64,000 nucleotides of DNA, from NCBI GenBank assembly GCA_963806225.1, contig CAWDXG010000004.1:3552001-3616000 (forward strand), given 5' to 3'. Under the pieces are notes generated by a model. The model saw nothing but the letters and a program-made list of their open reading frames with translations, was not told the origin of the DNA and made no database searches. Made by a program: the position numbers and the translations under genes. Source of the DNA: an uncultured delta proteobacterium. Lineage in GTDB: Bacteria; Myxococcota_A; Polyangia; Polyangiales; Polyangiaceae. Every line of letters begins with the position of its first letter. The first letter of the stretch is position 1. Shown here one piece after another: positions 42,434-52,161 of the stretch.

Positions 42434-43135
42434 ATGCAGGCGGTGATCCTGGCTGGCGGCCTGGCAACGCGGATGCGTCCGCTCACCAAGGACACGCCGA
42501 AGGCCATGCTGGAAGTGGCGGGGCGACCGTTCATCGCCTGGCAGCTCGAGCAACTGGCGCGGTACGGCTACTCCCGGGTGCTCTTGTGCCTGGGGTACCT
42601 GGGCGAGCAGGTGCGCGGTTTCGTGCGCGACGGCGCACACTTCGATCTCGAGGTCGAGTACACGTTCGACGGGCCGCGTCTGCTAGGCACCGGGGGCGCG
42701 CTGCGCCGATCGGTCGAGCGCCTGGAGCCGCTGTTCCTGGTCACCTATGGCGACAGCTACCTGCCCTTCGACTACGCGGGACCCCTCCGCGATCTCGAGG
42801 CGCACCCCGACGCCCTCGCCACGATGAGTGTGTTCGAGAACGCGGGGCGCTGGGATGCGAGCAATACCCAGGTTGAAGGCGACCGCGTGGTCCGCTACGA
42901 GAAGGGCTCGGACGACCCAGCGCTCCGTCACATCGACTACGGCGCCACGGCACTCCGACGGGAAGCGTTGACGCGACTGCCTCCGGACACTTCGGTGGGG
43001 CTCGATTCGCTGCAGTCGGATCTGGCCCGCGAAGGCCGCTTGCGGAGCTACGAAGCCCATGAAAGGTTCTACGAGATCGGCTCCGAGGAAGGCCTCCGCG
43101 AGCTCGAGCTCTATCTGTCGAGGACACACGGTTGA
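42434..43135 (+). CDS. hddC: Sugar-1-phosphate nucleotidyltransferase, HddC-like
   Basis: ILAGGLATRMRPLT..PK, LGTGGAL, YGDSY, FYEIGS; overlaps the hddA start. Confidence 0.75.
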   Translation: MQAVILAGGLATRMRPLTKDTPKAMLEVAGRPFIAWQLEQLARYGYSRVLLCLGYLGEQVRGFVRDGAHFDLEVEYTFDGPRLLGTGGALRRSVERLEPLFLVTYGDSYLPFDYAGPLRDLEAHPDALATMSVFENAGRWDASNTQVEGDRVVRYEKGSDDPALRHIDYGATALRREALTRLPPDTSVGLDSLQSDLAREGRLRSYEAHERFYEIGSEEGLRELELYLSRTHG

Positions 43136-44127
43136 TCATCTCACGCGCGCCGGTGCGCTTCTCCCTGGGCGGGGGCGGCACCGATCTCCCCAGCTACTAC
43201 GAACAATTCGGCGGCTTTCTCGTCAGCGCTGCGATCGACAGCTACATCTACGTCACCGCGAACAAGCGCTTCTACGACGACATCCGCCTCGCGTACTCCG
43301 AGACCGAGATCGTCCCGAACGTCGATTCGATCCGCCACCGCATCTTCCGCGAAGCGCTTCGCATGACGGATATCGGTCACGGCATCGAGCTCGCCAGCGT
43401 CGCGGATCTGCCCTCGAACAGCGGCCTCGGCTCGTCCAGCAGCTTCACCGTTGCTCTGCTCAACGCGCTGCACACCTACAAGCGCGAGTTCGTCTCGTCG
43501 AAGCAGCTCGCCGAGGAAGCCTGCGAGCTCGAGATGGTGCGGCTCGGCGAGCCCATCGGCAAACAGGACCAGTACATTGCCGCATACGGCAACGTGACAG
43601 CCTTCACCTTCGACGAGGACGGCACCGTCCACGTCGAGCCGGTGCCCGCGCGTGACGAGGTGCTGGACGAGCTGCAGAACAACCTGCTCATCATGTACTC
43701 GGGCATCGAGCGACCTGCGAATGTGGTCCTGAGCGAGCAGGGCAAGCGCGTCAAGAAGGCGGACAGCGCGACGGTGGAAGGGATGCACCGCATCAAGGAG
43801 ATCGGGCACGAGGTGTACCGGCTCCTGGTGGACGGCAACACCGATCGCTACGGCGAGCTGCTCCACGAGCACTGGATGCGCAAGCGCAAGCTCGCGAGCA
43901 AGATGACGGACGCTCGAATCGACGACTACTACGAGAGCGCGCGCAAGGCCGGCGCCATCGGCGGCAAGCTGATGGGTGCGGGCGGGGGCGGTTTTTTCAT
44001 GTTCTACACGCGGCCCGCGGACAAGCGTCGCGTCTACGAAGCGATGACCAAACGCGGGCTCAAGCCCCTACGCTTCCGCTTCGACCTTGACGGCGCGCGG
44101 ATAGTGGCGAACCTGCACCGGAGCTGA
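43132..44127 (+). CDS. hddA: D-glycero-D-manno-heptose-7-phosphate kinase (GHMP)
   Basis: RAPVRFSLGGGGTD, PSNSGLGSSS, GKQDQY, GGKLMGAGGGGF. Confidence 0.88.
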   Translation: MIISRAPVRFSLGGGGTDLPSYYEQFGGFLVSAAIDSYIYVTANKRFYDDIRLAYSETEIVPNVDSIRHRIFREALRMTDIGHGIELASVADLPSNSGLGSSSSFTVALLNALHTYKREFVSSKQLAEEACELEMVRLGEPIGKQDQYIAAYGNVTAFTFDEDGTVHVEPVPARDEVLDELQNNLLIMYSGIERPANVVLSEQGKRVKKADSATVEGMHRIKEIGHEVYRLLVDGNTDRYGELLHEHWMRKRKLASKMTDARIDDYYESARKAGAIGGKLMGAGGGGFFMFYTRPADKRRVYEAMTKRGLKPLRFRFDLDGARIVANLHRS

Positions 44128-44264
44128 CGGGCCAAGCGCCGCGCCGGCGGGGAGCCGAAGCCATCCCGAGGCGAGGTCGGCAGACCCACCCGTCGCGCTG
44201 CAAGTCCCATCGCCATGAACCAGCGCTGCACGTTGCCCGGACCGCGCTCGGCCGCAGGTGGGCG

Positions 44265-45845
44265 GTGAGTCGCTCGCACGTCAGGATGCCCCGGTCGCCG
44301 GCCGGGCCGCACAACCCGTGGCTGATCGCGGTGGTCGTGTCGCTGGCGACGTTCATGGAGGTGCTGGACACCAGCATCGCGAACGTCTCGCTGCGCCACA
44401 TCGCTGGCAACCTGTCGGTCAGCTACGACGAATCGACGTGGGTGCTGACCAGCTACCTGATCGCCAACGCCATCATCCTTCCAATCAGCGGCTGGCTTGC
44501 GGGGGTGTTCGGCCGCAAGCGCTTCTATCTCGGCTGCGTCGCGCTGTTCACGGCGAGCTCGTTCTGCTGCGGCCTCGCCCCGTCGCTCGGGTGGTTGGTG
44601 GTGTTCCGGGTGATCCAGGGCCTGGGCGGTGGAGGGCTCGCGCCGTCGGCGCTTTCCATGCTGCGCGACAGCTTTCCCGAGGAAAAGACAGGGATGGTCT
44701 ACGCGCTGTACGGCGTCGTGGTAGTCGCCGCGCCTGCTCTCGGGCCGACCCTCGGCGGATACCTCACGGACGCCTACTCCTGGCACTGGGTGTTCTTGAT
44801 CAATGTCCCGGTCGGCATCATCGCGCTCACGCTCAGCGGCATGCTGTTGGTGGAGCCCGAGATCGAACGGCGCGAGCGCGAGGCGCGTTGGGCCCGGGGG
44901 CTGCGTATCGACTATGCCGGGTTCCTGCTGGTCGCCGTCGGACTCGGCGCACTGCAGATCGTGCTCGACAAGGGGGAGCGCGACGACTGGTTCAACTCCA
45001 CGTTCATCGTCGTGATGAGTGCAATCGCGGTGACCTCGCTCATCGCCCTGGTGATCCGCGAGCTGTCGATCGAGGAACCGATCGTCGACCTGCCGCTGCT
45101 CAGGAACAGGAATTTCCTCGCCGCCAACCTGGTGCGGTTCGGCACGTTCGTGGCACTGCTCGGCACGACGCAGCTCATCCCGGAGCTCGTCCAGACACAG
45201 CTCGGCTACACCGCCATGCAGGCCGGCCTGGTGATCACACCCGGCGCTTTCGTGGTCATCGCCATGATGCCGATGGTGGGCAAGGCCGTGAACAGGATCC
45301 AGCCCCGATACATGATCGCGGCGGGCCTGGTACTGGAAGCGCTCGCGCTCTTCCACATGAGCGGATTCAACACGGAGATGGGCTTCTGGCACGTGGCCTG
45401 GGCCCGCTGCTTCCAGGCCGCGGGTCTGGGCCTGCTGATCGTCCCGATCACCAGCGTGGCCTACATCGGCATCGCCGGAAACAAGTCGAACAACGCCTCG
45501 GCCTTGATCAACCTGTCGCGCAACATCGGCGGTTCGTTCGGCATCGCGCTGGCGCAGACCTGGCTCGCACGCCGCACGCTGTTCCACCAGTCGCGCCTCG
45601 GCTCCCACCTGACGCGCGAAAATCCGCGGCTCCAGCAGATGCTGGAGCACGCCGCCGACCGCTTCGTGGCAGCCGGCAGCAGCGTCGTGGAAGCCAACCG
45701 GCAGGCTCTCGCTGCGCTGCACGGCATCGTGCTTCGGCAGGCACGGATGATCGCATTCAACGACGTGTTCTACGTCATGGCCATCGGCTGCCTCGTGACG
45801 CTGCCCCTGGTCCTGCTGCTGAAGCGGGCCAGACCGGGACACTGA
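44265..45845 (+). CDS. DHA2 (EmrB/QacA) MFS efflux transporter
   Basis: MEVLDTSIANV, WVLTSYL, FGRKR, RVIQGLGGG, APALGPTLGG, WVFLINVPVG, NLSRNIGGSFG. Confidence 0.93.
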   Translation: MSRSHVRMPRSPAGPHNPWLIAVVVSLATFMEVLDTSIANVSLRHIAGNLSVSYDESTWVLTSYLIANAIILPISGWLAGVFGRKRFYLGCVALFTASSFCCGLAPSLGWLVVFRVIQGLGGGGLAPSALSMLRDSFPEEKTGMVYALYGVVVVAAPALGPTLGGYLTDAYSWHWVFLINVPVGIIALTLSGMLLVEPEIERREREARWARGLRIDYAGFLLVAVGLGALQIVLDKGERDDWFNSTFIVVMSAIAVTSLIALVIRELSIEEPIVDLPLLRNRNFLAANLVRFGTFVALLGTTQLIPELVQTQLGYTAMQAGLVITPGAFVVIAMMPMVGKAVNRIQPRYMIAAGLVLEALALFHMSGFNTEMGFWHVAWARCFQAAGLGLLIVPITSVAYIGIAGNKSNNASALINLSRNIGGSFGIALAQTWLARRTLFHQSRLGSHLTRENPRLQQMLEHAADRFVAAGSSVVEANRQALAALHGIVLRQARMIAFNDVFYVMAIGCLVTLPLVLLLKRARPGH

Positions 45846-45900
45846 CGGGTCGCGAGCGCACTCGGCGACGTGATACCGTCGGCACGGAGGAGCGCAAAGC

Positions 45901-46620
45901 ATGAAGGGAACCGGCGCAGCCGCATGCCTGACGGCAGCGGCGCTCTTGGCAGGGTGCTCGACAAACTACGTTCCTCGGAGCCCCGCGCGGCTCTCGATCG
46001 TGATGCAGGGCGGCAACATCGCCTATCAGCGGGATGGCCGGGTCTACCCCGACACGCTCGGCGGCGGCCTGGTCGAGGCCGTGACCGACGATCGGGAAGC
46101 CAGGGAAGCGGCCGAAACGTACTTCCACCGGAACGTCGGCGGCCTGGTGGCAACCGGGGTCGGCGTCCTCTGCCTGATCGGCGGGGTGAGCGCACTCGCA
46201 GTGAACCAGCCGCCGAGCTCGGAGCGCCAGGGACTGGCCGGTGGCGCACTCATCTGCGCGCTGGCCGGGGAGATCACCGGACTGGTGCTGCTGACGACAG
46301 CGCAACCGTACCAGTTAGACGCGATCAACATCTACAACGACCACGCCGAAGAACGCCTGCGCGCGCCTCGCTACGTGTACCCGCCGCCGGGCTTTGCGCC
46401 GCCAGGGCCTCCGCTTTCGCCACCCCCCGGCGCCCCGCCCGCCCCGGGCTCGGCTCCGCCCGCGGCTCCAGCCCCGCCGGCGTCTGCGCCGCCCGCGGGT
46501 TCATCCGCGCCGGCGGGTTCGTCCGTCCCCGCGCCCGGAACGTCAGCGGCAGCGCCGGGTGTCGGTGCGGCGGCGCCGGCAAGCTCGGCGTCGCTGCCGC
46601 CCGCTCCAGCAAGGCCGTAG
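45901..46620 (+). CDS. Lipoprotein with hydrophobic hairpin and Pro-rich tail
   Basis: GGAGG RBS; lipobox LAGC; DAINIYND; Pro/Ala C-terminus. Confidence 0.7.
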   Translation: MKGTGAAACLTAAALLAGCSTNYVPRSPARLSIVMQGGNIAYQRDGRVYPDTLGGGLVEAVTDDREAREAAETYFHRNVGGLVATGVGVLCLIGGVSALAVNQPPSSERQGLAGGALICALAGEITGLVLLTTAQPYQLDAINIYNDHAEERLRAPRYVYPPPGFAPPGPPLSPPPGAPPAPGSAPPAAPAPPASAPPAGSSAPAGSSVPAPGTSAAAPGVGAAAPASSASLPPAPARP

Positions 46621-48521
46621 CTCCCGCGCGGTTCCGGCGCGCCAGCGCGCTTCTTCTGCCGCCGGCGCCACCAGAGCGGAATACCGATCACGCAGCACAG
46701 AGTGAACAGGAAGATCGGGATGGAGAGCTTCAGCGTGCGCGGGAAGTACGAGAACACGATCGTGCTCGAGCCGCCCGCGCTGACGCGCGCCGCCACGGCG
46801 TGGTCGTAGTCGAGCGCGGGCTTGCCGTTGGCGCGCCAGCTCGGGTTGAAGTTCATGTTGTAGACGACGAGCGCGCCGGGCGTCGCGTCCTTGACCTCTA
46901 CCGTGACGCGGTTCGGCGACCAACTCGTCACCTTCGCCGTCCCCTTGCCTTCTTCGACGTACGCGCGCCCCTTGTAGTCGGGGCTCTCCTTGGCGATGGC
47001 TCCTATGCCGTGGAAGTTCGGGTCGAGCCCGTAGCACTTGATGACGCCCTTGTTGGCGAACATGCTGAGCAGGATCGGCGGCGCCCAGTCGCGCCGGACG
47101 TATTGGGTAGCCGGGTTCTCGTGCTGCTCGAAGATGTCGGCCCGCGCGATGTGCTCCGGCTTCTCCATCCAGAACGCCTGGGCGAAGGGACGATGGGAAA
47201 CCGTCGCCAGGTCCACGGCGAAGTACACCACCGGGATCAAGAGCAGCAGATCGATCCACGCGTGGTAGCGGATGCGAGGATCGAGGAAGCGAGCGAACCA
47301 GGCCACGAAGCAGAGCCCCAGGAGCAGCACCGCCGGGTACAGGAAACGCGACGGCACGTGCTGCGACGCGAACAGCGGCAGCTTGTGGAGCAGCGGCCAG
47401 GGCGCGTGCTTGTTGAACGAGCCGAGCCCCATCAGAACGTACAAAAGGCCGATGATCTTGAAGGCGTGCTCGCGCGGGCCGCGCGCGAACAGGACGCCGA
47501 GCACCAACGCAACGACACCGGCAACGCCTATGTAGATGCCCCACTCGTGCCAGCCGTAGGCCGGCACGCGGATCGGCCGCGACGAGTAGCTCTGCGAGTG
47601 GTCGGTGAGCATCACGATCAGCTCTTTGAGACCGATCGTCTCGGTGGACTCGATCAGCCGCGGCGCGCGTTCGAGCGCGTCGAAAACGGCGAAGAGCTTC
47701 GGCGCGGAGAGCCCCAGCGAGGTCGCGCCGGCCACGGCGACGGTGGCGATCGGGCGCAGGCGCCGCGAGAAGATCGCCAGCAGCACCGCGTAGATGCCAA
47801 GCGCCAGCGCCGTCTGCGGCAGCGGATAGATCGCGCCCAGGTAGACCATGCCCGCCAGGACGGCGCCGGCGTACGTCGCGTTCCTGAACCGCCCCGGCTC
47901 CTGCGCCCGATCGAAGAACAGGAACACCCAGGGCACCCAGCCGTACTTCAGGTGCCAGGTGTGCCCTACCGCCGCCTGCAGCGCCCAGCGGCCGTTGAGC
48001 ACGTACAGGATCGCGAGGAAGCTGCTGAGCGCGATGCTGCGCGTGAAGCGGCGCGCCAGGAGGTACGTTCCACACAGACCGACGAGCGCGCCGCCCAGCA
48101 CTTCCAGCCGGATGCCGGTGCGGACGTCGAACAGGAGATAGATGGGTAGGTAGGGCGAGATGAAATTGGTGGCGCCCTCGAAGTGTCCCCACGCGGGATA
48201 ACCGCCGCATAGCCACGGATGCCACCACGGCGCCTGCCCGTACTTCTTGATGCTGAGCGGCGTGATGTAGCGGAACGCCGTCTCCACGTCCCAGTCGTGG
48301 AAGCCGTACGTGTGCCAGTTGGCCAGCATCGGCGCGAGGATGCCGATGGTGGTGCCGATCATCAGGGCCACCGCGAGCACCGTCGCGAGCAGCCGGAAGC
48401 CCGCGCCCGGCTGCTGCCAGGCGTCGGCCATGCGCCGCCTCAGGCGGGCAAGCCGGCCCTCTTCGGCGCTCTCTGCCTGGGCGGCAGGCCCGGAAGCGTG
48501 CCGTCGGCGGGGGCTCGACAT
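46371..48521 (-). CDS. YfhO-like polytopic membrane protein (putative GT-C)
   Basis: FHDWD loop, PWWHPWLCGGYP, EWGIYIG, VPSRF; C-terminal SPNRVTV..NFNPSWRA..FSYFP plus a final TM helix. Confidence 0.7.
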   Translation of the reverse strand: MSSPRRRHASGPAAQAESAEEGRLARLRRRMADAWQQPGAGFRLLATVLAVALMIGTTIGILAPMLANWHTYGFHDWDVETAFRYITPLSIKKYGQAPWWHPWLCGGYPAWGHFEGATNFISPYLPIYLLFDVRTGIRLEVLGGALVGLCGTYLLARRFTRSIALSSFLAILYVLNGRWALQAAVGHTWHLKYGWVPWVFLFFDRAQEPGRFRNATYAGAVLAGMVYLGAIYPLPQTALALGIYAVLLAIFSRRLRPIATVAVAGATSLGLSAPKLFAVFDALERAPRLIESTETIGLKELIVMLTDHSQSYSSRPIRVPAYGWHEWGIYIGVAGVVALVLGVLFARGPREHAFKIIGLLYVLMGLGSFNKHAPWPLLHKLPLFASQHVPSRFLYPAVLLLGLCFVAWFARFLDPRIRYHAWIDLLLLIPVVYFAVDLATVSHRPFAQAFWMEKPEHIARADIFEQHENPATQYVRRDWAPPILLSMFANKGVIKCYGLDPNFHGIGAIAKESPDYKGRAYVEEGKGTAKVTSWSPNRVTVEVKDATPGALVVYNMNFNPSWRANGKPALDYDHAVAARVSAGGSSTIVFSYFPRTLKLSIPIFLFTLCCVIGIPLWWRRRQKKRAGAPEPRGSYGLAGAGGSDAELAGAAAPTPGAAADVPGAGTDEPAGADEPAGGADAGGAGAAGGAEPGAGGAPGGGESGGPGGAKPGGGYT

Positions 48522-48674
48522 CGGCGACCGGTCTAGAACAAGGCGGGGAGAGCCGCAACAACCCCCGGGGCGGCGGACCGGGCGGAAGCCGCCGCCCGCT
48601 AGCCGCAGACGCCCGGCTCGACCTCTGACCTGGCGGCCAGGCGCCGGTCGATTCGCTGGCCCCGCCGCGGCCGA

Positions 48675-51077
48675 TTACTGCGGGATATTGCACGCCGCGC
48701 TGACGGGCGCGGACGTGTTGTTGTCGGTACGGCACTCGTGCGTCGGCGGCGGCACGGAGACCGTGGCGTACACCGGTGTGGTGCCGCTCTGCACGTCCGG
48801 CGGCGGATTCGGCAGCGGCAGCACGACCTGTTCGGCCTGCGCGGGATACAGCGCGTGCGTGGTAGCGCCGGTGCCGAGCTGCGTGCCCGAAGGCGGATTG
48901 CCCGAGTAGAAGGTGACACTCACGCCGGGCGGCAGCACCGCCTGCCCGAGGTTACGCACGGTCGCGATCAGCCCGTAGCCGCCACTGCACTTGGGCGACA
49001 CGACCACGACGGCATCCGCCGCATCGAACTCGCCGCCCGGCTGCTTGTTCTGGCGGAAGTTGTCCAGCCCGGGAGTCGTCCAGTTGGTGGGCTCGTTCGT
49101 GGGCACGGTGCCGTCTTCGTTGATGTTCGTGATGTGGTACGTGTGCTCGTTCCACACCCGCCGCGTGCGCACCCAGCTCTTGGTCGCGCTGCCGAAGATG
49201 CGGATCCCGGCCTGCTTCGTGCCGTTGCACGTCTCGGCGTAGGCGTTGGACGCCACGACGATGTCGGCCTGGCCGTCGTTGTCCACGTCGGCGACGACGG
49301 GATACTCCCAGAGCGTGCCGGTGGTGTTGCAGGTCTCGGGGATCAGGTTGGCACCGGTCTGACCGTCGTACATCCACAGATGGAACTCGTCGCTGTAGAC
49401 GACCTCGGCCTTGCCGTCACCGTTGAAGTCGAACACTGAGCTGCCCGTCACGGCGCTGGAGCAATCGTGCGTGGTCTTGAACCAGAGCGTGGTCTGGTTG
49501 TCGGCCACGGACGCGTTCATCAGCTTCTTTCCGCTGAGCACGATGTAGCCGACTGCTCCCGCGGCACCAACGTCCGGGAAACCATCGCCGTCGAAGTCGG
49601 CGATGGTGGGCGGCCCGCCGCCGTACTCGCTGGACGCGCCGCAGAAGGTGGCCGTAGAGGTGCCGTTGTTGATGTCGATGCCGTTCCGCACGATCTTGAC
49701 GTGCGACGGGCTCGACGGGTCGTAGCTGAGCACGTACACCTTGTGCGGTCCGGACGAGCTGATCACGACCACCTCGGGCTTGCCGTCCTTGTCGAGATCG
49801 CCCACGGCGTGGTAGCCGGGCTTGATCGCGTTCGCACCGCTGGAAAGATCCCAGATCACGGTGCCATCCGTGCGCCAGGCGCGCTGCCCGTTCACCACGT
49901 CGAGTTTGCCGTCGCCATCGATGTCGGCAAAGCCACTCAGGGTGACGCCGTAGCTGCTGGACGGGTCGAGCTGCTTGACTACGTTGCCGGTCTGCCCGTC
50001 GAGCAGTGTCGAGCCGACCAGCACCATCGGATGGCCGGTGTGGTCCGGGTCGGCAATGGCCGGGGCCTCGTATCCGCAGTGCACCTTCGTGGTGTCCGGC
50101 TGCGTCCACAGCACGCTGCCGTCGGCCTTGTAGGCGACCACGCCGGTATTCTGGGCCTGCGCGTCGCAGCAGCTCGAGCCGCCCGGCGCCGGCGCCATGC
50201 AGCCGACGATCTCCGCGACGCCGTCACCGTCGAGATCGCCGGCAGCCAGCCCGCCGCTCGCCTGTACGGCGTTCGGCTTGCTCCACTTGTCGACGACCTT
50301 TCCGCCCACGACGCTGATCGCGTGCAGCGTACCCGGCCCGTAGTACTTGCCGCCGCTGAACGTCGTGAACACGATCTCCGGGATGTCGTCCGCGGTGACC
50401 TTGCCGTCGCAGTTGTCATCGTCCAGCTCGACAACGATCGGCGACATCATCACGTCGGTCGAATACGGCGACGCGGTATCGCCACCCCAGGAGTACTTGA
50501 CCACCGGGTCGAACGCGGTCGTCGGCGGATGGTACTCGCATTTTTCTAGACAGTTCTGGCCTGCCCCGCCGTCCGGCACGCCGGCGTCGGCGCCACCGGG
50601 GCAGATGGGCGGCTTCGGCAGGCAACGCCCGGTCTGCACACTCTTGCCGCCCGTACAGCTTCCGCCGTCGTTTGCGGGCGTGCCGGCATCGCTGCCGCTG
50701 CCGAGCGCGTACTCGCAGTATTCATTCGCGCCGCAGTCGCTGGAATCGGTGCACTGCGTGCCCGGCGTCGCGCACTTGTTGAAGGAGCAGACCTGCCCGC
50801 TCGTACAACATGCGTCTCCGCACGCGCGCGCTGCAGCACAGCACTGCCCCCCGGCACAGACTCCGCCGTCGCCACAGGGCTGACCAGCCGTGCAGCTCGC
50901 GGTGTGGTCGTTGTTGAACGAAGCGTCACCCGCGCCGCCGTCGATGCCCGCGCCCCCCGTGCCGCCACTGCCGTGATGATGGTCATTCGAGGCGGTGCCG
51001 CCGCTCGAGCTGCAGGCAGGCGCCGCCAGGGCCAGAGCGGCCGAAAGTGAAGCGAAGAGCAGAACCGCGCGTTTCAT
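48675..51077 (-). CDS. FG-GAP/VCBS repeat lipoprotein with Cys-rich N-terminus and CARDB-like C-terminus
   Basis: Lipobox APAC; repeated DxDGDG motifs (GDLDGDGVAEI, ADIDGDGKLDV, GDLDKDGKPEV, ADFDGDG, FDFNGDG, ADVDNDG); TVRNLG..ECRTDNN. Confidence 0.85.
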   Translation of the reverse strand: MKRAVLLFASLSAALALAAPACSSSGGTASNDHHHGSGGTGGAGIDGGAGDASFNNDHTASCTAGQPCGDGGVCAGGQCCAAARACGDACCTSGQVCSFNKCATPGTQCTDSSDCGANEYCEYALGSGSDAGTPANDGGSCTGGKSVQTGRCLPKPPICPGGADAGVPDGGAGQNCLEKCEYHPPTTAFDPVVKYSWGGDTASPYSTDVMMSPIVVELDDDNCDGKVTADDIPEIVFTTFSGGKYYGPGTLHAISVVGGKVVDKWSKPNAVQASGGLAAGDLDGDGVAEIVGCMAPAPGGSSCCDAQAQNTGVVAYKADGSVLWTQPDTTKVHCGYEAPAIADPDHTGHPMVLVGSTLLDGQTGNVVKQLDPSSSYGVTLSGFADIDGDGKLDVVNGQRAWRTDGTVIWDLSSGANAIKPGYHAVGDLDKDGKPEVVVISSSGPHKVYVLSYDPSSPSHVKIVRNGIDINNGTSTATFCGASSEYGGGPPTIADFDGDGFPDVGAAGAVGYIVLSGKKLMNASVADNQTTLWFKTTHDCSSAVTGSSVFDFNGDGKAEVVYSDEFHLWMYDGQTGANLIPETCNTTGTLWEYPVVADVDNDGQADIVVASNAYAETCNGTKQAGIRIFGSATKSWVRTRRVWNEHTYHITNINEDGTVPTNEPTNWTTPGLDNFRQNKQPGGEFDAADAVVVVSPKCSGGYGLIATVRNLGQAVLPPGVSVTFYSGNPPSGTQLGTGATTHALYPAQAEQVVLPLPNPPPDVQSGTTPVYATVSVPPPTHECRTDNNTSAPVSAACNIPQ

Positions 51078-51173
51078 CGTGTGATGGTATCGGCGCACCC
51101 CGGGCCGCACAAGCGCACCCGGGCTTCGATCCCCTCGCACGCGGGGGGCGGGCGCGGTATGGATCACTGCGTC

Positions 51174-52160
51174 ATGACGGTGAAGCGCTTCATGCGTGAG
51201 CGGCTGCGCGAGCCGCTCCTCCTCAAGGATGCGGAGCGCACGGCGAGGGCGTATTCGGTGCCACAGCGCGCGCGCATCGCGGAGCTGTCGGATGCAGCGC
51301 GCCGGCGCGAGAACGCGGCGCTGGAGCTGCGCGAGGACCGGAGCACCGCCGCGGCGGTCGAGCTACACCGGCAGGCCGCCTCGCTGATGATCAGCGCGCT
51401 CCTGGTAGCGCGGGGTGAACACGGTCTCGAGGGCGTGCTCGAAGCGCCGGAAGCCTGGGCGCGGCTTTCAGCCCTGCTGGACGCGGGGGCCTTGAAGGAT
51501 CCGCCGGAGGAGGTGTCCGTGGCGCGCCCTCTGCTCGCCGAATCGGACCCACTCGCGGTGGATCGGCTCCAGCCCGCCGCCGCTCGGGACGTGCGCGCGG
51601 CGGCCGAAGCGACCTCGCGCTGGCTACGCGGCTGCTACGAGTCGCGGACGCCACGCCAACTCAAGGTGCAGCGCGTGCTCCGCATCGGCGCGCTCGTCGC
51701 AGCCCTCGGTCTGCTCCTCAGCGCCGGCGTCGCCAGCGCGCTTTCGGCGCAGGACATCGCTCTGGGCAAGCCGGTCACCGCCAGCGGGCGTTTCCACGGC
51801 ACACCCACCGCCTCGCATGCCGTGGACGGCGTCAAGGACGGCAGCCTCGGGGTCCACACGGCCCTTCACGACAACCCGTGGGTCACGATCGATCTGCTGG
51901 CGCCCTACGCCGTCGACAAGGTCGTGGTCGTCAACCGCGGCGACGGCTACTTCGACGGCATCTTGCCGCTTTCGCTGCAGCTGTCGACCGACGGCAAGCA
52001 CTTCACCCAGGTCGCCTTGCGCAAGAAGGTCTTCACGGATACCGATCCCTGGGTCGTGAAACTGCCGGGAACGGTAGGCCGCTACGTGAGGCTCCAGGTC
52101 AAGAAGCGGCGCGCCTACATGTGGGCGAGCGAAATCGAGGTCTTCGGCGACAAGAAGTAG
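51174..52160 (+). CDS. Single-pass membrane protein with F5/8 type C (discoidin) domain
   Basis: DIALGKPVTAS, AVDG, PWVTIDL, VVNRGD, GRYVRL, EIEVFG; start uncertain. Confidence 0.8.
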   Translation: MTVKRFMRERLREPLLLKDAERTARAYSVPQRARIAELSDAARRRENAALELREDRSTAAAVELHRQAASLMISALLVARGEHGLEGVLEAPEAWARLSALLDAGALKDPPEEVSVARPLLAESDPLAVDRLQPAAARDVRAAAEATSRWLRGCYESRTPRQLKVQRVLRIGALVAALGLLLSAGVASALSAQDIALGKPVTASGRFHGTPTASHAVDGVKDGSLGVHTALHDNPWVTIDLLAPYAVDKVVVVNRGDGYFDGILPLSLQLSTDGKHFTQVALRKKVFTDTDPWVVKLPGTVGRYVRLQVKKRRAYMWASEIEVFGDKK

Positions 52161-52161
52161 C

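Noticed and set aside
44265..45845. MFS as exporter of the lipid cluster product
   Set aside because: Lies 7.5 kb away with unrelated genes between; no evidence of linkage.
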